Source: Elusimicrobiaceae bacterium (GTDB lineage: Bacteria; Elusimicrobiota; Elusimicrobia; Elusimicrobiales; Elusimicrobiaceae). From it: DNA of 64,000 nt. The translations under genes and the position numbers were made by a program. The notes beneath the pieces were generated by a model. That model did no database searches. It was not told the DNA's origin and saw only the letters and a list, made by a program, of their open reading frames with translations. Location: positions 51,370 through 115,369 of the forward strand of contig JAFYXM010000003.1 in the NCBI GenBank assembly GCA_017546175.1, written 5' to 3'. This document shows, piece by piece, positions 1 through 8,269 of this stretch; position 1 is the stretch's first letter, and every line of letters starts with the position of its first letter.

Positions 1-2138
1 TAGGCACCGAAGAATAAGGTAAGATTTGGAACTCTTTGCCGGAGTTTATGACGTATGTGTTCCTATTAGGCACCGAAGAATAAGGTAAGATTTGTTATCT
101 TTTAAAGCTTTTATTTCAGTTTCTGTTCCTATTAGGCACCGAAGAATAAGGTAAGATTTGCGCACGTTCCACGGTTACGCTGATGGTGTAGTTCCTATTA
201 GGCACCGAAGAATAAGGTAAGATTTGTTTTTCATTATGATTCTGATAGCTGGGTGGGTTCCTATTAGGCACCGAAGAATAAGGTAAGATTTGTTACCGGT
301 TCATAATCTCCGGCTACAAGTTGTTCCTATTAGGCACCGAAGAATAAGGTAAGATTTGTTTTTTAAATTTTTGTGAGAAAGATTTTGAGTTCCTATTAGG
401 CACCGAAGAATAAGGTAAGATTTGAACCATTTTCCCGTCGTTATTAAATTTTGGGTTCCTATTAGGCACCGAAGAATAAGGTAAGATTTGGGATCAGAGA
501 AGCGGGAGCAATCCAAATCAGTTCCTATTAGGCACCGAAGAATAAGGTAAGATTTGCAAAAGCACCTGCGGTTTTGGTAGAATGTGTTCCTATTAGGCAC
601 CGAAGAATAAGGTAAGATTTGAATAAATATATTATTAGAAAGAGAAAAAAGGTTCCTATTAGGCACCGAAGAATAAGGTAAGATTTGGATACGTCAAAAA
701 GAGGCGTTGTGGCTGTTGTTCCTATTAGGCACCGAAGAATAAGGTAAGATTTGCTATTTTTTTTATTATACTATTAGTATAGAGTTCCTATTAGGCACCG
801 AAGAATAAGGTAAGATTTGTTTTTACGGTTAATGTTCGGGTTTATTTAGTTCCTATTAGGCACCGAAGAATAAGGTAAGATTTGCATAAAACTTGCCCAC
901 TAAAGGAGTGTGAAGTTCCTATTAGGCACCGAAGAATAAGGTAAGATTTGTTTGAGATTTTGACAGGAAAGCATAAAGGTGTTCCTATTAGGCACCGAAG
1001 AATAAGGTAAGATTTGTTAATAAGTGAAACAATGAACAAACAGAAAGTTCCTATTAGGCACCGAAGAATAAGGTAAGATTTGGATATTAAACAACGTATG
1101 GCAGCTACCGTAGTTCCTATTAGGCACCGAAGAATAAGGTAAGATTTGGCTTTAGGTTCGGGCGTTTTACGCGGTGAAGTTCCTATTAGGCACCGAAGAA
1201 TAAGGTAAGATTTGCTAAACGCTTTTTGTTTAATTCTGTGCCGAGTTCCTATTAGGCACCGAAGAATAAGGTAAGATTTGGCTTTCTCCGAAAGTCTATT
1301 TCTTAGTTAAGTTCCTATTAGGCACCGAAGAATAAGGTAAGATTTGGCTTTCTCCGAAAGTCTATTTCTTAGTTAAGTTCCTATTAGGCACCGAAGAATA
1401 AGGTAAGATTTGGGAAGACTTCGAAGACTATATGAGCCTGCAGTTCCTATTAGGCACCGAAGAATAAGGTAAGATTTGACTACCAAAAAATAGAAGTCTA
1501 TGCAAAGCGTTCCTATTAGGCACCGAAGAATAAGGTAAGATTTGCTAACAAAAGCACTTTGTCTTTTGCACCTAGTTCCTATTAGGCACCGAAGAATAAG
1601 GTAAGATTTGAAGAAATACGACCACACAGCTGTGCAGACGGTTCCTATTAGGCACCGAAGAATAAGGTAAGATTTGTAATTTTAAAATGATATGAAGATT
1701 TTCTTGGTTCCTATTAGGCACCGAAGAATAAGGTAAGATTTGCATTTTTTGCAAGTTACGCGCACTGCGGCCGTTCCTATTAGGCACCGAAGAATAAGGT
1801 AAGATTTGTTTAAAAAAATATCAAGTATTATTTTTGATGTTCCTATTAGGCACCGAAGAATAAGGTAAGATTTGACCGGAGAAGAAACTGACAATGAAGT
1901 TTTTGTTCCTATTAGGCACCGAAGAATAAGGTAAGATTTGCAACGAGCGTCTCCAAAGCTTCTTTTTGATGTTCCTATTAGGCACCGAAGAATAAGGTAA
2001 GATTTGTCGTCTTTATATAGTGTTGCCGGGGCGATTGTTCCTATTAGGCACCGAAGAATAAGGTAAGATTTGGACTACACCGTCTAAAGCATATGCGGTA
2101 CGGTTCCTATTAGGCACCGAAGAATAAGGTAAGATTTG
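1..2138 (+). CRISPR. CRISPR array: 32 full copies plus 1 edge-truncated copy of the 36-nt repeat GTTCCTATTAGGCACCGAAGAATAAGGTAAGATTTG; 32 spacers of 29-30 nt; array continues beyond window start
   Basis: Exact repeat found at 59,125,191,...,2037,2103 with 65-66 nt period; partial repeat at 1-28. All copies in the window are identical. The strand is inferred from the GTT... repeat start and from complementarity to the plus-strand tracrRNA anti-repeat. Confidence 0.98.
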
Positions 2139-2153
2139 TATAACTAAAAAATA

Positions 2154-2183
2154 TTGCGAAAATTTATACATTTTTACTATAAT
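2154..2183 (+). promoter_or_regulatory. sigma70-like promoter for tracrRNA (TTGCGA - 18 nt - TATAAT)
   Basis: TTGCGA at 2154-2159 and TATAAT at 2178-2183, placing a start site about 7 nt downstream, just before the anti-repeat. Confidence 0.6.
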
Positions 2184-2189
2184 ATTTAC

Positions 2190-2276
2190 AGAAACCTTAT
2201 TCTTATTTGTGCCTCAACTTAGGTAACAAGGGCATTAAAGCCCGCAAAGGGGTTAGTCCCCACTTAAATTCGTTTT
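2190..2276 (+). ncRNA. tracrRNA: tracrRNA (anti-repeat followed by two GC hairpins and a U-tail)
   Basis: 2194-2228 ACCTTATTCTTATTTGTGCCTCAACTTAGGTAAC is imperfectly complementary to the repeat: 11 bp with GAAGAATAAGGT, 6 bp with AGGCAC, and 7 bp with GTTCCTA plus a bulge. Downstream hairpins are GGGC-ATTAAA-GCCC (2230-2243) and GGGG-TTAG-TCCCC (2249-2261), then CGTTTT. The position between cas2 and the array fits type II loci. The ends are approximate. Confidence 0.8.
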
Positions 2277-2619
2277 AAAAATCCTCAAAGAGTATGAGTT
2301 GATCATACTTTTTGGGGATTTTTTCTTGTCGTAAGGCAGGACCATAGAAGTTTTTTGTAAGACCATATTGTTTATCGGTCATCATCATAAATGCACTTTT
2401 TCCTTGAGGAGGAGTTTGCGGACCTAACTGCTTGATGAGGGCTTGTGCTTGATGCATGGTAGGTAAATTGCGCACATACACGGAATATTGAAGCATAGTA
2501 AACCCATGATGAAGCAATAATTTTCTAAATCCTGCGTACCGCTTTCGCTGGACTTTGGTGTGCGTTGGTAAGTCAAAAACAGCTACTACCCACATAATAC
2601 GCCAACTATTGGGTTTCAT
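2275..2619 (-). CDS. cas2: CRISPR-associated endoribonuclease Cas2
   Basis: 114 aa with a Cas2-like ferredoxin-fold sequence (WVVAVFDLPT...YAGFRKLL...LQYSVYVR). Overlaps the cas1 stop by 14 nt. Confidence 0.9.
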   Translation of the reverse strand: MKPNSWRIMWVVAVFDLPTHTKVQRKRYAGFRKLLLHHGFTMLQYSVYVRNLPTMHQAQALIKQLGPQTPPQGKSAFMMMTDKQYGLTKNFYGPALRQEKIPKKYDQLILFEDF

Positions 2620-3589
2620 CTATAAATTGTCGTGTTTGCCACGATGTAACCGTAGAAGATTTTCCCGGACGAGAAGGAATATTAGGAAGTAGAAGTTTGC
2701 GACGGGGATCTTCCAAGCTGATACAATAACTGTTAATTGCCCAATCAATGCCATGAAATAAGCGGTATTCTTTTCCGGCAATTGAAACTGTACTAGACAA
2801 AAGAGAAGATAATATTTTCTTTTTTATATCTCTATCAAACGCGGAAATATTTTTTTGATAGAAGATATTCCAAACAATTTTATCTACTAAAAATCTAAAA
2901 GGCTCTATAAAATCATCAGCTAAATTAAAAGGATTGTCCTTACGGTGATGTCCGACCCCAAAATTTAAGCAAAGGCCCGCCCCCACCAAACCGCGTGCTA
3001 TAATAGCCCGAAGAACAGCATATCCGTAATTTAAAGATACATTAACGGGGTCCGTGGCGCCCTGTTTATCTCTAAAATCTACATTGGCATTTAAACTCTT
3101 AAAAAATGCTGGCCAATATATATGCGCGGCCTGTGCTTCTCTGCCGCTTTTATCGCCTAATTCAACATGACCAGCAATGATTTTTAAACGAGAGGACAAA
3201 TCGTCATCAAAAAAAGCCGCTGAGCAAGATTGACCATAAATTTTGGACTCTATTAGCTGTGACCACCATTTTTCAAATGTTTCTGTACTCAAGTACTTAG
3301 ACTGTAAAAAAGGTCGTTTAGCGCCGTCTATATTGGCTGCAACGGGCAAAGAAATGGCACAAGGCATATATTTCTCCCCCGCTGATACAATAACAGCACC
3401 GTTTTTGGATAACTCCTGATAAACAGCCAGTGACATAGTGATGCATGGATGAGATAAAATCAGCACAGCGATATCACAAGCGGCAATTAAATGCGTTTCC
3501 CCTGCTTGGGTAAATGTTATTTTAAGCCGCCCCGTATCAATAGAAATTTTAGCTTCTCTGTCTATACTGATTAAATGCTGTATGCTCAT
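2606..3589 (-). CDS. cas1: CRISPR-associated endonuclease Cas1 (type II)
   Basis: 327 aa with Cas1 motifs (LNYGYAVLRAIIARGLV, HHRKDNPFNLADDFIEPFR). 4-nt overlap with cas9. Confidence 0.93.
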   Translation of the reverse strand: MSIQHLISIDREAKISIDTGRLKITFTQAGETHLIAACDIAVLILSHPCITMSLAVYQELSKNGAVIVSAGEKYMPCAISLPVAANIDGAKRPFLQSKYLSTETFEKWWSQLIESKIYGQSCSAAFFDDDLSSRLKIIAGHVELGDKSGREAQAAHIYWPAFFKSLNANVDFRDKQGATDPVNVSLNYGYAVLRAIIARGLVGAGLCLNFGVGHHRKDNPFNLADDFIEPFRFLVDKIVWNIFYQKNISAFDRDIKKKILSSLLSSTVSIAGKEYRLFHGIDWAINSYCISLEDPRRKLLLPNIPSRPGKSSTVTSWQTRQFIDETQ

Positions 3590-6500
3590 CCGTTTTTAAG
3601 TTTTGCAATATCTTCACGAGAAGAAACCAAAGAGTAATTTTTGAGATTTGAAATATATGCCACGTTTCCAGTCGTTTCAGTAACCAGTCTTATTCCAACA
3701 CCGAATAAGGCAGCAAATTTCTGTACTTTATAGAACTGCTTATTTTCTTTATCAAACAAAATATCTCCTGCAAAGATTCTTACTATCCCTTCCGGAATTT
3801 GTTTTTGTTGTTGATATTTCCATAAGGGAATTAAGGCTACGCGTTTACCCGTTTTGGCATCAAAATCCATACAGGCATATCCATAATTCTGATAGCCTTT
3901 GCAATGTTGATTTCCTGATTTATCTTTGGAAATAACTTTTTTATCAGAATTTTCATCAAATTCACGTACACCGCGCCCCACCAAATACATATATTTCACT
4001 TTTTTTACTTTGTTTCCACGATAATAAATACCATCTAACGGATCATCTTTCTTTCCGCATAAAGCCTCTTCCTGCGTCATTCCTTTGGCTATACGCTCTT
4101 TAAATTGACGTAGAATTTCTTCTTTAATCGTATCTGTGAAAAGAAGTTTTTCTAAATTTTCAATTGTTTTCTTCTCATTGGCTTTCAAAAAACTACTCAG
4201 TTCTGCTCTTTTTACAAAACGTTCCACCCCCGTTTTATCTTTCACGACATTATAAGCCGTTTCATCAAAGAAAGCTCCGCTGGGATAGTGATCCGGTTTG
4301 TGCCATACCACATAATTTGTCAGGCGTTTTTGTACTTCTTGGCAAATTTTGGCATACTGAGGGATATTATCCAACATAAAGCCGGCAATATCCTTTTCGT
4401 GAATATGATTTCCGTTATCGTCTATGTATTCTATTTTGTGCAAAGTACCAAAATCCCGATGATGTTTTTCGGCACGTTGTAATAAAGACAAGTTGCACAA
4501 CCCAATGACCGCCGCATCTACGGCATGATGCCTATGATCACATCTCTTATTAAACTTTAATAACGTTTTTTGCTCAGCGCAGAATTTAGCAAAAGCTTTT
4601 TTCTTATCCTTTTCCGTTACAGGTTCTTCCTCTAAAGAAGATGAAAATACCTCAAAATCTTCTTTCAGTTCTTTCAAGTTGTGATAAGACAAACTTTCAT
4701 TAGAAAAAAGTTCCTTCCATTTTTTAGAATCAATTGATTTATTATCTTTATCTAAAAGTTCTTTTCCCTCCTCCAAACGGATATTGGGCAAAACTTTGTC
4801 AAACTGCAAATGACTGCGCAAATAGGCGGTCAGTTCTCCAAAGGTCGGCGTCACTTTCGGACAAACATCTTTACTCCAAGCTAAAACTATATCGCTGATC
4901 CATGCCGTCTGTTGTTTTTGACGATTGTTAAAATCATCTTTTAATTCGGAAGGAATCATTAATAAATTCTTAATCTTACGCAAAATACGCGCCCCTTTTT
5001 GGGAAGGTTTCCATTTTCGTTCTCTTTGGCAAAAATAACCTTTTTTCTCTTTAGAGTATAAAAGCCATAAATGTTGGACAAAGTTAATCAGCGGACTGTG
5101 TTTTCCAAAGGAAAAATCTTGAGTTTCCCCCTTTTTCTTTTTTTCTTTTATTTCCTTGCTAAATTCTCTATAATCATCTATATCTTCTTTAAATATCCAC
5201 TCGTAAGGAAGGCGATTAGATTTATCTTTATTTTTATCCGTAAAAGCCAAAACTTTGTTTTCAAACACATTCGGACCGGAAATATCTCCACGTTGCGGGA
5301 TAATGTGGTCCACTTGGGTCTGATGTTCGTCAAATGCCTGCTCAAAACTTATTGGATTACCGCTATAAGGGCAAGTTTTCTCCTGTTCCAACCACAACAA
5401 ATATTTTTCAATATTACGCGGTGTTACCAGTTTTTTATTCTCTTTTAATTCTTTAATAGCTTTTTGGCGTTCTTCGGCTTGTATTTTATTTTGACTTTCT
5501 AAAAACCGACGGCGGCTGAGTGAATTTTTCATTTCACGGGTCAGTTCCACCACCATTTCACTCGGCTGTCCGTATCTGTTAATAAGATAAGTCAAACTCT
5601 TGCGAAATTCTGTCAAAGCACGCAACATAACAGGGTCATTGATAGCCTCTTGGGCCTTAATAGCTTCTACACTGCGTAATTTACCCGAAGGACGTGGGTT
5701 GTGGTCAGCAAATTCTTGGATGATATCCGCCTCTTCTTCCCCTTGCAAAATTCTTTCCGTAAGCATTGTTAAAGCTTTCACACCATAGGCAGCACGGCCA
5801 GAAGTAAATTCTAAATTTTCTAAGCAATCTTTTTCCTTTAAGCATAAAACAAAATCTGTTCCTTGCTTTCTTTCTTCTGGACTGGAAAAAATATTTTTAG
5901 TTAAGGCATTAAATCTCTCTGTGATATAACTATTTGTATTATCAGAAATATCAGTTAAAGTAGTGATGTTGGCAAAAAACTCTATTACTAACTCTTGTAC
6001 CTTGTCCGTTAAATTGGACCATTCATTTAAAAAACCGATCTTTTCAAAAGCATAAGTGGTAGTATTTCCTTTTATTCCTTCTTTAGCCCCGTTTCGGCGA
6101 TCTGCTGTAAATCTAGCCGTCTGCGGTAAATTTAGCAAAGAATAAATCTTTTTAAAAGGAAAGCATAAAGTTTCGCTGGAATAATCGCTAGTAGCAGTGC
6201 GGATATGTTCAAAAAGATTGGCTTTTTGTGCCAAAGTCAAAGGGTGGGTTTCGCTCTCTCCTTTTTCTGCCCAACGCAAGTTGGCAATTTCTTTTACCAT
6301 GCGGTAAAGTTGATAGGCATTTTGGGCACAAGAAGCACGTTTTTCTTGAGGGAAGATAGAACAATTACCCACCGTTTCCAACTCCCATTTAATGGGACGT
6401 TGATAAAACATAGCCGAATAAAAAGCATCATGCAAAGCAATTTCTTTTTGATTAGGGAAATCGGGAAACATATTCTCACCCCAAACCTTATATGAAGTAT

Positions 6501-7143
6501 TTAATTGAGGATGATGCTTGCTCTGCTGCGCCCAAATTTTTTCAAATTCTTTTTCAATGGCTGTTCGGTATACAAAAGTACCGTCTTCTTCAATTTTACG
6601 CCAAGGCTGCCCTTTATCTGCCTTTTGTTTTTGCTCCCACAAAAGCTGCCCCAATGTCTTATCTTCACCTAAAAGAGTGTTGGTTTGCTTAATTTTTTTA
6701 CCAATTTTCCCCTGCTCCTCTTTTGATAAAAAACCTTTGTATCCTCTATTTTTAACAATATGAGAAAATACTTTCATCAGTTGCGGCAAGGAAATCTTTT
6801 CCTGCACCGCTTTTGCCCGAAGAAAAATAACATCTTCTTTATCCTGCTCTAAATCTTGCTTGGTAATGCCTAGTTGTTCAGCCATGTAGGTTAACTTTCG
6901 TAAACGAGCGGCTTTACGTTCAATTTGTCTACGAATTAACCGAGCAGAACGGCGAGAGGTATTTAAGGTTTCCATCTTTTTGGGCTCCACCGGTTCCCCA
7001 AAAATATAACTGTCCAAATGTTCTAAAGAAAGTATATTTCCCTTCTCATCTGTCTTATATACGGCAACACCTAAAGAGGAGGTCCCTAAATCAAACCCAA
7101 AACGATAAAAATTATCATAAGAAGTTAAAATTTCCTGTTTCAT
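3586..7143 (-). CDS. cas9: Cas9 endonuclease, type II-C architecture (1185 aa)
   Basis: RuvC-I FDLGTSSLGVAV (Asp18), Arg-rich bridge helix RRSARLIRRQIERKAARLRKL, HNH motif QVDHIIPQ...N..L, and RuvC-III HHAVDAAVIG. AAGGAG RBS at 7150-7155. No csn2 or cas4 in the locus. Confidence 0.95.
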   Translation of the reverse strand: MKQEILTSYDNFYRFGFDLGTSSLGVAVYKTDEKGNILSLEHLDSYIFGEPVEPKKMETLNTSRRSARLIRRQIERKAARLRKLTYMAEQLGITKQDLEQDKEDVIFLRAKAVQEKISLPQLMKVFSHIVKNRGYKGFLSKEEQGKIGKKIKQTNTLLGEDKTLGQLLWEQKQKADKGQPWRKIEEDGTFVYRTAIEKEFEKIWAQQSKHHPQLNTSYKVWGENMFPDFPNQKEIALHDAFYSAMFYQRPIKWELETVGNCSIFPQEKRASCAQNAYQLYRMVKEIANLRWAEKGESETHPLTLAQKANLFEHIRTATSDYSSETLCFPFKKIYSLLNLPQTARFTADRRNGAKEGIKGNTTTYAFEKIGFLNEWSNLTDKVQELVIEFFANITTLTDISDNTNSYITERFNALTKNIFSSPEERKQGTDFVLCLKEKDCLENLEFTSGRAAYGVKALTMLTERILQGEEEADIIQEFADHNPRPSGKLRSVEAIKAQEAINDPVMLRALTEFRKSLTYLINRYGQPSEMVVELTREMKNSLSRRRFLESQNKIQAEERQKAIKELKENKKLVTPRNIEKYLLWLEQEKTCPYSGNPISFEQAFDEHQTQVDHIIPQRGDISGPNVFENKVLAFTDKNKDKSNRLPYEWIFKEDIDDYREFSKEIKEKKKKGETQDFSFGKHSPLINFVQHLWLLYSKEKKGYFCQRERKWKPSQKGARILRKIKNLLMIPSELKDDFNNRQKQQTAWISDIVLAWSKDVCPKVTPTFGELTAYLRSHLQFDKVLPNIRLEEGKELLDKDNKSIDSKKWKELFSNESLSYHNLKELKEDFEVFSSSLEEEPVTEKDKKKAFAKFCAEQKTLLKFNKRCDHRHHAVDAAVIGLCNLSLLQRAEKHHRDFGTLHKIEYIDDNGNHIHEKDIAGFMLDNIPQYAKICQEVQKRLTNYVVWHKPDHYPSGAFFDETAYNVVKDKTGVERFVKRAELSSFLKANEKKTIENLEKLLFTDTIKEEILRQFKERIAKGMTQEEALCGKKDDPLDGIYYRGNKVKKVKYMYLVGRGVREFDENSDKKVISKDKSGNQHCKGYQNYGYACMDFDAKTGKRVALIPLWKYQQQKQIPEGIVRIFAGDILFDKENKQFYKVQKFAALFGVGIRLVTETTGNVAYISNLKNYSLVSSREDIAKLKNG

Positions 7144-7177
7144 AATCCGCTCCTTAAAGAAAAAATCTATTAACTGT

Positions 7178-7183
7178 ATTATA
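7178..7183 (-). promoter_or_regulatory. candidate -10 box (TATAAT) of a cas9 promoter
   Basis: TATAAT on the minus strand about 35 nt upstream of the cas9 ATG, downstream of the terminator that ends the preceding operon. The -35 element is unclear. Confidence 0.35.
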
Positions 7184-7248
7184 CTTTTTTATCAAAAAAA
7201 TAATATAAATTATTTATCTTCCTGCCAAAATTTAAAAAAAGACTTTAT

Positions 7249-7294
7249 CAAAAAATATTTAGAGATGGATTTTATTTTTTCAATCCATCTCTAA
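7249..7294 (-). terminator. Rho-independent terminator after the HTH-WYL gene
   Basis: Perfect 13-bp inverted repeat TTAGAGATGGATT / AATCCATCTCTAA (7259-7271 / 7282-7294), followed on the minus strand by ATATTTTTT. Confidence 0.75.
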
Positions 7295-7308
7295 AACAAA
7301 CAAATTTT

Positions 7309-8235
7309 TTATATCTTTTTTTTCTTAGCTTGATAACTGGCCAATATTGTTTCTATTTGCTTGGATAGTTCCGTCGGTTCTTGCACCATAATATGCGGCA
7401 GCCACGCCAAAATGGTGGGCAAAATCTCTTCGTACTTACCTGTAAAACACTCCAAAACAAGACCGTCTTTGGCTGATTTTTTGACTACTTTTTGTTTTGG
7501 GAAGTACTCCTTCTTTTCAAAATAAGGGGCAACTTCGGGGTCTACAAGCAGTTCCACTCGTTTATCGCGCTTATCCTCAAACCATACGGAGGCACTTTCT
7601 TCCAAAATCTTTTCTATCTTTTTGGGCCGTTTGAAGGAAACACCCGTGGGCTTGAGTTCTTTAATTTTATCCAAGCGGAGTTTTAAAATCACATCATCTT
7701 TACCAAGGGCAAGCAAATACCAAAAACCGTCAAACCAAGCGATTTTAAGCGGAGAAATATCTCTGCCCGACAATTTGGACTTATCATACACAATCGTCAA
7801 TTTTTCCTGCTTTTTAATAGCTTTTTCTATCAGTTTACTGTGGGTATCGTCTAAAAAAGCCTGTCCTTTAGGGAGTTTAATGTAAAAGGGGTTTTCTTTA
7901 TCGTTCTGCAAAATGCGGTCCCTCAGGCTGACATAGGTTTCTTGGAAACTTCCCCCCAAAGTACCTGCAATACTGGACAAAAGGGCCAACATGGCGGCTT
8001 CTTTGGCGCTGAGTTGCAGTTTCTGCAAGGAATACCCTTCCACAAAAGCGTACTCCCCTTTACTGGGGTTAGCGATAGGGAAACCCGCACTTTCCAAAAT
8101 CTTTATATCGCGCTGAATGGTGCGCACATTTACCATGAGTTCATCGGCAATATCTGCCAAATACACTTCGCCTTTATCAAACTCGCCTAAAATATACATC
8201 AGACGACTGATTTTATTTAATGTATCCCCTAGCAT
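7309..8235 (-). CDS. HTH-WYL (YafY/PafC-like) transcriptional regulator
   Basis: N-terminal wHTH (ADIADELMVNVRTIQRDIKILESAGFPI), central WYL domain (LTIVYDKS...RDISPLKIAWFDGFWYLLALGKDD...LRLDKIKEL), and a C-terminal WCX-like extension. Confidence 0.85.
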   Translation of the reverse strand: MLGDTLNKISRLMYILGEFDKGEVYLADIADELMVNVRTIQRDIKILESAGFPIANPSKGEYAFVEGYSLQKLQLSAKEAAMLALLSSIAGTLGGSFQETYVSLRDRILQNDKENPFYIKLPKGQAFLDDTHSKLIEKAIKKQEKLTIVYDKSKLSGRDISPLKIAWFDGFWYLLALGKDDVILKLRLDKIKELKPTGVSFKRPKKIEKILEESASVWFEDKRDKRVELLVDPEVAPYFEKKEYFPKQKVVKKSAKDGLVLECFTGKYEEILPTILAWLPHIMVQEPTELSKQIETILASYQAKKKKI

Positions 8236-8269
8236 AAAGCCCCCTTGATATGTTTTGTATATTAAAGCA

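Noticed and set aside
301-1894. ORF-track proteins with reiterated peptides (…KSYLILRCLIGT…, …ILPYSSVPNRN…) across the array
   Set aside because: They are translations of the 36-nt CRISPR repeat read in different frames with a 66-nt period. They are not genes.
4164-6763. Numerous 60-125 aa ORFs antisense or out-of-frame within cas9. Similar shadow ORFs lie inside malQ, rtcB, sulP, ileS, ftsA/Z, the Bat genes and others.
   Set aside because: They are fully nested in long ORFs that carry strong family motifs. They have low-complexity or biased composition and no RBS or motif support. These are typical shadow ORFs.
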